64,000 bases of DNA, from the IMG/VR virus record IMGVR_UViG_2916515220_000006; one strand, written 5' to 3'. Each line of letters begins with the position of its first letter. The first letter of the stretch is position 1. Shown here piece after piece: positions 47,869 to 57,200 of the stretch. The notes under the pieces were generated by a model, which was not told the origin of the DNA, did not search any database, and saw nothing but the letters and a program-made list of their open reading frames with translations. The translations under genes were made by a program, and so were the position numbers. The stretch is from an uncultured virus (IMG/VR IMGVR_UViG_2916515220_000006) (Duplodnaviria > Heunggongvirae > Uroviricota > Caudoviricetes).

Positions 47869-47909
47869 GAGAACCCGCTGGTAGTACGAGGCTGCCGACG
47901 GGTTTTCTC
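47869..47909 (+). terminator. Intrinsic-terminator-like hairpin closing the array
   Basis: AACCCG-C-TGGTAG-loop-CTGCCG-A-CGGGTTTTCTC; convergent with the stop at 47912. Confidence 0.6.
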
Positions 47910-47911
47910 TA

Positions 47912-48544
47912 TCAGCTTCCCGGTGAGGCCTTCTCACGCTCCATGCGGTCTACCCGCTGGCGAAGGTCTAGGATCACATCGCGCGCGCCATACACACTTG
48001 TCTGAGCCTGCTTCAGTTCATCAAGCTGGCGCTGTTGGTCCGCATCGGTGTTCGCTTGGCTGGTCCATACTCGTTCAAGCTCGGCGCGGGGGACTTGGGC
48101 CTCCCTCACCTCTTTGACGGACGCCTCCATTCGGGCCCGGTCTTCTGAACCGCGCGCGGTCCGCCACTCCATTTCCTTCTGCGTCACCATCTTGTCGACA
48201 ACAGCCGTGATCGCTGATTGTGCCGTTTCCGCGTTCTTCGCGACGATGAGATCAAGCCGATCCTGCCCCTTGCTCAGGCTGTTGTAGAAGAAGGCGCCGC
48301 CGGTCGCGAGAACGGTAAAGCAGACGCCGGCCGCAGCCCAGATAACTGGCCACTGCGTCTTGCTCGAATTCCGAAGCTCATTCGACAGTTGCGAAATACT
48401 GGTGTTTATCGTCTGAAACCCGGTGTTCATGTTCGACCGGAGATCGACAATGTCCTTGCCCTGGTTCTCAACCCGCTCGGATAATCGAGCATATTGGGCC
48501 ATTGGATCGAAGCCGTTGCTGCTCATCTCTTGGTTTCCTGCCAT
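47912..48544 (-). CDS. Coiled-coil single-TM membrane protein
   Basis: Coiled coil, then TQWPVIWAAAGVCFTVLATGGAFFY TM, then coiled coil; last gene of the late operon. Confidence 0.7.
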   Translation of the reverse strand: MAGNQEMSSNGFDPMAQYARLSERVENQGKDIVDLRSNMNTGFQTINTSISQLSNELRNSSKTQWPVIWAAAGVCFTVLATGGAFFYNSLSKGQDRLDLIVAKNAETAQSAITAVVDKMVTQKEMEWRTARGSEDRARMEASVKEVREAQVPRAELERVWTSQANTDADQQRQLDELKQAQTSVYGARDVILDLRQRVDRMEREKASPGS

Positions 48545-48602
48545 TATCCCAGCCTGCATGCGAGTAAAAGAAAGCCCCGGCCACAGGTCGATGGGGATGA
48601 TT

Positions 48603-50255
48603 TCAGAGCGTGATAATTGAGCCGCCGACGATGGCGCCATTATTTGCGCTTGCGATGGTCGCCGGCAGCGTGGAACCGGTGGCGTTCACAGCGTCCCATT
48701 CCTCAACAAGCCCACTGGTCACGTCTGCCTCAGAACTACCAAGACCAGCCCGAGCAAAGCGACTGGCAACTTCAGAAGGTGTCAGGGCGCGATTGTACAG
48801 CCTTGCCAGAGAAACGCGCTGGCGCGACATCTGGACCGGTGCGCCCGCATTGTAGGCAGCGCCAAGGATCATGCGATGACCCGCTTGCCCGTCGATGTTC
48901 GGTTGACCGTTGATGGCGACCATATCAAGGGCGCGCTGGCGCACCAGCTGTCCGTTGCGATATAGCATCCACCCGCCCGATCCGTCGTGTGTGGCGAGCC
49001 AATGGATCAAATTGCCATAGTCTGGAATGAGACCTGTTCGGAACGGGTTCAGGATGTTTGTTGACGACGTTGCGAAGTCCATGCGGTCAGAACAGCCAAC
49101 GGCCATGATAGGGCCGCTCCAGTTCCCGGCAAGGCCAACCCAACCTATAGCGCCCATGAATAGCGACTGCTGAAGCGCGGATACCGACGTGCTTGCCCCG
49201 CGCCACATCATGACGCTGGCGTTGGCGCGGGTGGTCGGCTCGATACCGCCCATCCACTCCATCGACATGGCGCCGTCGATTACCAGGCTGTTGTCAGTGC
49301 CGCAGTTGATCCATGACGTTGTGCCGCGCGCAGAAAGCAAAACGGCTTTCTTGCCGGATTTCTTTACCGCAGGGGCCGCGATTGGCGTTTCGGCATGGTC
49401 ACGGAAAGCAATGACGACATAGGTTGCTGTGTTGACGTTCAGCGCGGAACCGGCGGTGAGCTGGAGGCCATCCGCGTCGAATGAGATACCGGACGCCACA
49501 ATTCCGGCCGCCGCAGACATTTGCTTCGCGCCACTGGCTGACATGGTGTCTGTTTTGATCCATGCAGCCTGAAGCGTGCCACTCAGTTTTGCGACGATGA
49601 CGGCTTTCGGCTGGAACCCGAGACTGACAGCGCGGTTTGCACCGGAACCTGTGTAAGCGGCCGTGGCGAAGTTCGCGCCGCTCTCAAAGCCGATGAAGTC
49701 AATCCCCTCGCCCAGCTCCTGCGCCGCGTCATATTCGTTGACATAGCCTGAAGCCGATACCGTGCACTGGCCTGTCGTCAGATTGGTGATTGCCCCCGAT
49801 TCCGTCAGCGCCGTTCCACCGAGTAGTGCGGTGGTAGAAGACCCGACCTGAAGAACCCCATCGCGCGTGCTGTCCCGCTTGGCGATCACGGCAGCGAGGT
49901 TAATCATGCTGTCATCGAACTTGATCGCCCGGCTGGCAATGGCGTTGCCCTGCGATCCTGCAAGGGCCATCTTCAGCGCGGCAGAGCGCGATATGGCGAG
50001 GTGGTGATAGGTGATGTCCTGATCGTTCCACTTGGGCGATTGCGAGACGGTAAAGCCGTCCTTCGTGAGTGTGGCACCATCTGCATAGCTGTTCGATGCG
50101 CCCAGCACGTTTGTCCGTCCGGCCCAGAGGTCATGCAGTTTGATGCCAACCATCTTCGGAGCATCGGGAATGCAAATGACGACTTCCGGTTTCCAGCCGA
50201 TGGAGACGCTGCGCCGCGAGCCGTTGCCAACCGAAGTTCCTGTCTTGATGCTCAT
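48603..50255 (-). CDS. Beta-rich virion/receptor-binding protein with C-terminal LamG-like domain
   Basis: Repeated YTGSGANRAVSLGFQPKAVIV-type modules; LamG-like HWLATHDG..LYRNGQL..ARLYNRALTPSEV. Confidence 0.7.
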   Translation of the reverse strand: MSIKTGTSVGNGSRRSVSIGWKPEVVICIPDAPKMVGIKLHDLWAGRTNVLGASNSYADGATLTKDGFTVSQSPKWNDQDITYHHLAISRSAALKMALAGSQGNAIASRAIKFDDSMINLAAVIAKRDSTRDGVLQVGSSTTALLGGTALTESGAITNLTTGQCTVSASGYVNEYDAAQELGEGIDFIGFESGANFATAAYTGSGANRAVSLGFQPKAVIVAKLSGTLQAAWIKTDTMSASGAKQMSAAAGIVASGISFDADGLQLTAGSALNVNTATYVVIAFRDHAETPIAAPAVKKSGKKAVLLSARGTTSWINCGTDNSLVIDGAMSMEWMGGIEPTTRANASVMMWRGASTSVSALQQSLFMGAIGWVGLAGNWSGPIMAVGCSDRMDFATSSTNILNPFRTGLIPDYGNLIHWLATHDGSGGWMLYRNGQLVRQRALDMVAINGQPNIDGQAGHRMILGAAYNAGAPVQMSRQRVSLARLYNRALTPSEVASRFARAGLGSSEADVTSGLVEEWDAVNATGSTLPATIASANNGAIVGGSIITL

Positions 50256-50983
50256 GCTGCGAACTCCAGTTCGACTGTCCCGGTTGATTGCGTCTGCTTC
50301 CGAAGACTGATCTTGTCGAAGCAGCCAGTAACGCCGGCCGACGCGGAACCCGCGATGGTGATGCTCGTTGCTGCGGCGACAAACGAGGTGACAATCGGAA
50401 GCAACTGCCCTGCCGACACGTTGGCCGATCCATAAATCTGACCGGTGGAAGAACCGGCCGTGTCTGTCGTCAGGCGGCACGAAATAGAATTCGCGCTCGG
50501 CTCCAGCATTGTGGCGCGGAAAACATAGGTTTCGCCAATCTCAAGGCCGGACACGGTTTGCGTTGCGCGACCGCCGCCCGAGCCGCCGAACAATTCCATC
50601 TTTCCATCGCGCCATGTGATGGTTGCCCCGGTAAGTTGCGGTGCCCAGCCGGAAACGTCAGTGTTGAAATTACCGTTGGTGACAAGTTCCGGCCCAAGAG
50701 CGGAGGTCATGTCGACATAGACGCCGTTGATGATGGGGAGATCGACGGATGCTTTCTCGCCTGTCGCAAGCGCGCCCTGATACGGCATGATGCCAGCGCC
50801 CGCGAAAGGGCTGTCGTAAATAGAGACCAGCGGCGGAGAACCTGACGCGACCTTGACCGAAAGAAGACGACCGGGAGAGATGATCGCAACGCCGGAATTG
50901 GTGATGGGCACGGTAAAGCGCTCAGCGGCGCGACCGGGCTTACCAGCCCCAACAAGAGCAAGACCGTTTCCAAGCCACATCAT
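50252..50983 (-). CDS. Carbohydrate-binding-module-like protein
   Basis: GPELVTNGNFNTDVSGW...QTVSGLEIGETYVF...FDKISLRK (CBM4/9-like pattern). Confidence 0.65.
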   Translation of the reverse strand: MMWLGNGLALVGAGKPGRAAERFTVPITNSGVAIISPGRLLSVKVASGSPPLVSIYDSPFAGAGIMPYQGALATGEKASVDLPIINGVYVDMTSALGPELVTNGNFNTDVSGWAPQLTGATITWRDGKMELFGGSGGGRATQTVSGLEIGETYVFRATMLEPSANSISCRLTTDTAGSSTGQIYGSANVSAGQLLPIVTSFVAAATSITIAGSASAGVTGCFDKISLRKQTQSTGTVELEFAA

Positions 50984-51267
50984 TGTGCAATTCTCCGGTT
51001 ATAGTCGTCTGCCCATGCCTGGCAGTCTCTGGCCAATTGGTCGCGGTTGTCGGCGGCGACGTTCCAGCGGAAGGAATGAACCACCCACGGCTCGTCGCGG
51101 AGTTTCACACGCTCCATAAGTGCGGTGCAGGCGGCGGGAAGAACGAGAACCGGCTGACGAGCGGCATTTTCGCCCTTGACGACGGATGCGGCCTTGAGGC
51201 GCTCCTTGTCGGTCTGGCATCCGGTCAGCGCGATTGCGGCGATCAGGATTAGCGCTCGGATAGCCAT
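50980..51267 (-). CDS. o-spanin lipoprotein
   Basis: IALTGC lipobox; overlaps the i-spanin 3' end. Confidence 0.75.
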   Translation of the reverse strand: MAIRALILIAAIALTGCQTDKERLKAASVVKGENAARQPVLVLPAACTALMERVKLRDEPWVVHSFRWNVAADNRDQLARDCQAWADDYNRRIAQ

Positions 51268-51596
51268 TTCTTGTCGCTTTCATTAGGGCGGGAAAGGGTG
51301 GCGTCCTTGGCGGCTTCTTCGGCCAGCCGGTCGACCTCTGCCTCTGCGGCCTGTCTCGCCTTGGTAGCTTCGTCAGCGCGTTTTGTGGCGGCGGCTAGAG
51401 ATTGGTCGGCCGCCTCACGCAAAGAGCGCTCCCGGTCAAGCTGAGCTTGAAGCGCGTCACGTTCCGATTGCTGCACGTATCCTGCCAGCGCCTGCCGCCG
51501 CACAGCGGGATTGTCGATCGTCACGTTGTAGAGGTGAGCGACGGCCAGCATCGCCAGCGCGCCGACGGTCATGTAAATGTAGGTCAGGACGCTCAT
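51249..51596 (-). CDS. i-spanin
   Basis: N-terminal TM followed by an Ala-rich coiled coil. Confidence 0.75.
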   Translation of the reverse strand: MSVLTYIYMTVGALAMLAVAHLYNVTIDNPAVRRQALAGYVQQSERDALQAQLDRERSLREAADQSLAAATKRADEATKARQAAEAEVDRLAEEAAKDATLSRPNESDKKWLSER

Positions 51597-51883
51597 GGCT
51601 CCACCTTTACCGTCGTGTCGGTATCGCCCTGTTCAACGGCCTGCTGGGCAATATCGGCCTTGACCTGGGTGTTCTTCTCCCAGACAGCCCCGAAGACATA
51701 GGAGCCAATGATGCCACCGATTAGCAGGATCAGGTTCATGGCCACAGTATCGCTGAGCGCAATTGGCCGCCCCCAGATAGCCAGGTACGTCACAAGGCCG
51801 CCGGACCAGATCAGGGCAATGATGATGATGCGTCGACGCACAGCCCATTCAGCGGACGCCTTATGATCCATGAAGAACTTCAT
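51593..51883 (-). CDS. Holin (2 TM)
   Basis: WAVRRR followed by two TM segments and SYVFGAVWE; between endolysin and spanins. Confidence 0.75.
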   Translation of the reverse strand: MKFFMDHKASAEWAVRRRIIIIALIWSGGLVTYLAIWGRPIALSDTVAMNLILLIGGIIGSYVFGAVWEKNTQVKADIAQQAVEQGDTDTTVKVEP

Positions 51884-52407
51884 CACATCCGCGCCTTTAC
51901 ATCGCGCCGCATCTTGTCGCCGCAAGCCTTGGCGCCGACCAGCGAAGCGTCGAAAGGCAGCCGGGTTATGTCCCACTTCCCTCTTTGAACGATGCCTAAG
52001 TTCGGCTGAACTTCGGCGTGGGTCAGGACGGTCTTGTCAGTGACAGGGATTTTGTAGAACGAGGCAAGGTGTGCGACCACCTCCATGCCCCGCGCCCACT
52101 GCGCCTCCGTCAACGGGAACTTGCCTGGGTTGAACGGGCTTTCGATAGCGCCCGCCATCGAGGCGAAGGAAACGCCGATCGAGCCCGTGTTGCAGCCGCG
52201 AGTGTGGGCAGCATAGTTGTCATCGGCGGTGTTGACGTTGTCGGCAATCGTGTGATCACCACGAACGACATTGCCGGTTCCCTCGATGATGAAGTGATAA
52301 TGCTCCTTGTCGAGATCGGACGCCCGATACGCGCCGGCAGACCAGTGCACAATAATGCGCGCCATCTTAACCGGCTGGAGCCATTCCAGCGGAAGCTTGT
52401 AAGTCAT
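51883..52407 (-). CDS. Endolysin, N-acetylmuramoyl-L-alanine amidase (Amidase_2)
   Basis: RIIVHWSA, HYHFII, AAHTRGCNTGSIGV and LTHAEV motifs. Confidence 0.9.
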   Translation of the reverse strand: MTYKLPLEWLQPVKMARIIVHWSAGAYRASDLDKEHYHFIIEGTGNVVRGDHTIADNVNTADDNYAAHTRGCNTGSIGVSFASMAGAIESPFNPGKFPLTEAQWARGMEVVAHLASFYKIPVTDKTVLTHAEVQPNLGIVQRGKWDITRLPFDASLVGAKACGDKMRRDVKARM

Positions 52408-52429
52408 AGCGATGTCCTTGATTTTTGGA

Positions 52430-52861
52430 TTAGGCCGTAACGGCCTCACGCCACATGGCGTCAACTTGCGCTTCGGTCAGGCCGAGCGCGGCTGCAATGA
52501 GCAAAAGCGTCGGGTGATTGCGGCTGAATGTGCTGGCGTCGGCCCATTCGATCTGGGCTTCTTCCTTTGCGAGACCATCCGGCATGGCGGCGATTGCAGT
52601 TTCGACGGATGCAAGCGCGATACCATTTCGAACGAGCGTGAGACGAAGCTGCCGCCGTGTGATTGGCATTGTCAGCGCGTCGGTATTCGCGCTACCACCT
52701 TCCTCCGGCGGTATGGGCGTGACGATCCCGAAGCCTCCGGCAATTGTCACAGCCTTTCCGTCGTCAATGGCGGCCAGCGCTTCACTGTACTGAGCTTCAG
52801 TAATTTCAATGGCACCCTCAACGGGGTCGGTGCAGATGCCGCCTTCGAATGCATAGGGCAT
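52430..52861 (-). CDS. Tail fibre assembly/chaperone-like protein
   Basis: GAIEITEAQY, ITRRQLRLTL, IEWADASTFSRNHP and QVDAMW motifs; downstream of the tail fibre. Confidence 0.7.
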   Translation of the reverse strand: MPYAFEGGICTDPVEGAIEITEAQYSEALAAIDDGKAVTIAGGFGIVTPIPPEEGGSANTDALTMPITRRQLRLTLVRNGIALASVETAIAAMPDGLAKEEAQIEWADASTFSRNHPTLLLIAAALGLTEAQVDAMWREAVTA

Positions 52862-54180
52862 TATTTGATCCTCATATAATAATCGACACCGATGTTTCGG
52901 GATCTGGTTTCCGTGTCGCCGTTGGCGTTGATGGTGATGCCCGTCGTTGCAACGGATGTCGCATCGTTGAAGAATTTCTGGTTGGATATGCCCTGATTAT
53001 CTATGCGAGGAATGCTGGCGACGCCTGAGGCGCCATCTCCAATAAGGGTATGCTTATGCCCACCGTCGTTGTAGGTGTGCGCGTGAGACCCGAAGGCGCT
53101 GTCCTGCAATGTGCCGGGCGATCCCGCGCGGAGGAAGCGACGTTCAGTATTGATGAGCCTGACTGGCTGGCCGTTCATCACTGATCCGGCGAGATTGATT
53201 GTCGCATAAGCCGATACTGTTGGCTGAGAACCGGAAACGACCTCCGAAGTCAGAACGCCTTCGTTGTAAGCCCCGGTCCCGGTCTGCCCAGCAGTCAGAA
53301 GGATATAGCGGTACGCCTTGTTTTTGGGCGGCTCTGGTATTTGCGTAATGCCGTGGCGCAGAGCGATGAGGGCTCCAATCGGTTGCAGTGCAAAAGGGTC
53401 GGAGATTGAAACGTCAATTTCTGCCTTTGTATAGTAATTCGAAGGGTCAATAATTTCCGCAAAATCAGCCGCTTCGTCTCGGTATTGAAGCGCCAAATCC
53501 TTCGCTTCTTTTGCTTCTTGTGCATTTTCGGCGGCGTTCTGCACATCCGCGAGATTGTCTTTCACGGCCTGGACGGCAGGCGCAACGCCGGCGACTGTGA
53601 CGACTTCATCTCTGATGCCCGAGACGGTAACGACTGCTGCACGGATATCCGACACATGCACGACTTCATCGTCGATCGCAGCCACTTGCACGACCTGCGG
53701 CGCGATTGCGGCCACAGTGTCAAGCGCGTCGGCACTAGCCGATAACCGAAGGACATCCGCAAGAAGGGCATCCAACTCTTCTGGATCAGCAGAAGGCGGT
53801 ATCTTCACTGACCGGTCGATCTGCTCTTGAAGCTGCTGGTCGCGCATTGCCGCCAGATCGAACGCAGCTTCGACCACGTCAGGGAAATAGGCACCCTGAT
53901 TTTCAAGCGCCGTCTCCTGTTTGAAAGGAACCTTGCGAAGAATTTTGACAACCTCGCCCACGGCAGGCGGAACGAGGATGGTGATGCTTCCGGTCTGCCC
54001 ACCCACGCCAGCGACGGTGTAGTGAACGCCCAGCGTGAGGACGGTTTCCGCACCGGACACCAAACGCTTGATGACCTGGACATGGGTTTCATCGACGATC
54101 CTAAACTCGTACGGGAAAACGGTCGTCACGCCGTTTCCCTGGTACGGTCCCGCCGAGTTTGTTTCGCTCGAAACAGTCAT
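52861..54180 (-). CDS. Podoviral tail fibre
   Basis: YQGNGVTTVFPYEFRI N-terminal anchor (T7 gp17-N-like); C-terminal QDSAFGSHAH..HKH..ETRSRNI. Confidence 0.85.
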   Translation of the reverse strand: MTVSSETNSAGPYQGNGVTTVFPYEFRIVDETHVQVIKRLVSGAETVLTLGVHYTVAGVGGQTGSITILVPPAVGEVVKILRKVPFKQETALENQGAYFPDVVEAAFDLAAMRDQQLQEQIDRSVKIPPSADPEELDALLADVLRLSASADALDTVAAIAPQVVQVAAIDDEVVHVSDIRAAVVTVSGIRDEVVTVAGVAPAVQAVKDNLADVQNAAENAQEAKEAKDLALQYRDEAADFAEIIDPSNYYTKAEIDVSISDPFALQPIGALIALRHGITQIPEPPKNKAYRYILLTAGQTGTGAYNEGVLTSEVVSGSQPTVSAYATINLAGSVMNGQPVRLINTERRFLRAGSPGTLQDSAFGSHAHTYNDGGHKHTLIGDGASGVASIPRIDNQGISNQKFFNDATSVATTGITINANGDTETRSRNIGVDYYMRIK

Positions 54181-54192
54181 GCTTCACCCCAT

Positions 54193-54217
54193 AAAAAAAC
54201 GCCCCCGGAGGAGCGTT
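54193..54217 (-). terminator. Intrinsic terminator
   Basis: AACGCTCC-TCCG-GGGGCGTTTTTTT on the minus strand. Confidence 0.7.
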
Positions 54218-54241
54218 GGTGAATTGTGAATGGCGGGCATG

Positions 54242-57200
54242 TCATTTCGACTTGCCCATGATGTATTCCAAGGGCGAGACATCTTCGCCTTCGGCCTGCC
54301 GCCACGTCGCATCGACGAAGCGATTTATTTGGGTGGACGGCATATGCAGGAACAACCCGCCCGCATCGACGAGGGATCGAATGAACGCCTTGTCCACGTC
54401 TCCTTGCGATGCCTGGAAAAGCGGTCTGGCAATCGTGTCCATGATCGAGCCATAGGCACCGCCGCCACTGAAGCCCTGCACGGCGCTCGCGGCGTCGCGG
54501 ATAAAGGGCAGCGTTCCCGCCGCACTGAGAGCGGTTTGCTTGGCGAGGAATTCCGCCCAGCCGTCTTCCTCATCATCGTCGTCGCCCCATGGCAGCTGGC
54601 CCCGGACCAGCGCCGCAAGGACAGCTTCGACCGTGAACAGCATGACCATGTCGGAGGTCCATGACAAAACTTGCCGAGGATCTCGGAATTCAGTCTGCCG
54701 TGTCTTTTCGTAAGCGACGTTGAACTTCGCGAACATGTACGAACCGAGTGCCGTGAAAAGCCTCACGACGTCGTTCTGCCGAACGCTGCGCGACAGGGAG
54801 CCGCGTTCGATCGGGGTCCGGTCCGAGAAGTTGCCCGAGGCCGCAGCGCGCGCCACGATGCGGTCAGCGTGCGCAATGGCGTCGGCTTCTCCCTTGCCCT
54901 CATCAAGCGCCTGTCTGTAACCGGCAAGCCACGTTGGCATGTCCACCGTGTAAAACTGCGCCTTCTGCATCAGCCAGAAGCCCCACGGCGCGAGATAATC
55001 GCTTGTGAACTGCGACACCCGGTTTTGCGACGGACCCGCTCTCACCTCTCCAAGGATGTCATAAACATCTTTGTTGAAGGTGGTTTCGCGCTCACGCATG
55101 AAAGGCGACTTATCGATGATGATGCTGGCTGCGCTTCCCGGCCCGCTCAGAGGCCGGCGGAAGACATCCTGCATACCCAGCAGCATATTCTTCTTACCGA
55201 CCACGACAAACGACTGTGCGATGCCTGTAGGCTGCAACAGGACCGTTGTAAGGTTGAAGGCCAGCTTCGACACCGTGAAGCCAGACTTAAGCTTGCGAGC
55301 CCACCGGTTCATGAAGTCAGCGCCACGGACCTCCCCGCTTGCCACGTCCTGCAACCATACTTCGAGCGCATCGAAGTCCGATTTCATTCCGCGATCGAGG
55401 AAGGCGCTTTTCACTTCATTGTTCTGCAGGATGCGCCACGCGTTTGCGACGACTTCCGACAGTGCCAGGTCGTGCATCACCTGATTGACGTGGCCATGAA
55501 GGACGCCGATATCGATGAGCACCGGGCGACCCGAGGAGTTCGAACGTTCCTTTGTGTGTCCGTTCTTCGTCTGGGCCTTACCAAAGCGACCGCCGGTCAT
55601 TGAGGCCGCAAGGTCATGAAGATCATCATCGCGAGCGAGAGACGAAATCTCGGCATCATATTTCAGCGGATAATAGCCGCCTTTGAATGTGCCGAACTTG
55701 GTCTGCACTTCACGAGCAGCTATCTTTTCAGGCGCGACGCCAGTAACGCGCTTTTCGCGAGCTTCGATTTCAGGCCAGTAGCCGTCAATCAAATCCCAAG
55801 CCGACTGGACGAACTTCCAGTCACGAGCATCGAGGCGGGAAAGAGCCATGTCGATCTGACCTGGCGTGAAGTGGCCCTTCACCCGCAGGTCGGTCAGACG
55901 CTGGAAGTTGCCTTCGTTGCCGACATTCAGCGCCAGCGAAATCAGATCCCACTTCGAGAACTGTCCATTCAATTCCGGAATGGATTGCAGCCGCGTCATC
56001 GAACGGCGCTCTTCCTTCGAGTAGACGGAATACAGATTTTCGAAATCCTCGCCCGCTTGGCGTCGCTTCACGGTCAGTTCGTTGACGGCCTCGTCGATGG
56101 GTGCCTTGATATGGCGATATGCGGCACCATCCTTGAAGCCGTCGATTTCACGCAAGATGGTGTCGGCTGTCTTTACGAGATTGAGATAGCTTCGGAAGCC
56201 TTCCTTTGCCCCCCTCTACCCGACTTCGCACGAGACGGCGCGCTGCCCTTCACGTTTTCGTCGAACTCGGCAACGATATCACTGACGACCGCATCCAACT
56301 CCCTTTCGCGCTTGGCATCCTTCAGTCTCTGCTTAAGACGAGCCGTGTGTTCGATGTTCTTCAAGGTGTCGACAATGCCGCGGAGTTCTTCGACTGAAAG
56401 CTGTTTATACGGCCGGCGGCGTGCGTCCTGTACAACGCTGTCAGGGATCGACAGCTCGTTCTCCCGGCCTTCCGCCTTCATCCGGTCGACATAGGCCAGC
56501 AGGGAGCCACGGCGCTGTTCGGCATTCACCGAAAGCTTCCGGAAGTCGTAACGCTCAAGCAGTTCGTCGATCGCTTCCAGATAATCCCCGGCAAGGTTCT
56601 GACGAGTGGACCGCTTGCCCAGCTTCGAAACGAACCGTTCCGCCTTCTCCACTTCCTCTGCCGCCTTGACGCTTTCGGCATAAAGCATGTGGTTCATAAG
56701 CTGCCGGCGCTTCTGCTCGACGAGAAGCGAGACGGCGTCGTTATATCGATCGGTCGAAGCGTTTGCGCGTTCGGTCGCGCTATTGGCGGCCCGCAGCGAG
56801 CCATTGCGGACGGCGGATTGAACATCCCGGCGACGCTGGCGAGACCACAGGTTTTCGCGTTCGACAAGGCGAGCGAGCTTGATAGCCTCATTGGCAGCCT
56901 TTCTTTCGGCCGTCAGGAAGCGATTGCTGTTGATCGCATCACGAACCTGCATTCGGCTCACGGTGAGCCTTGCTGCCTCTCTGGCCTGCGCCACGGTCGT
57001 GTTGGGCGAGGTGTCACCCGCCCGCGCCTTGAGCACCTTCAATTCGGCCGCAAGGAACTGTGCCCGCTTGTCATTGTGGAACGCGTCCAGTGCTCGCTCT
57101 TCGATTTGGCCATCACGCATGACGTCGCCGTGGCGCTCGCGCATAACCCGATCAGTCTCAGCGTCAATCGCCTCACGGCGCAGTTGCGCTTTCTCAAGCG

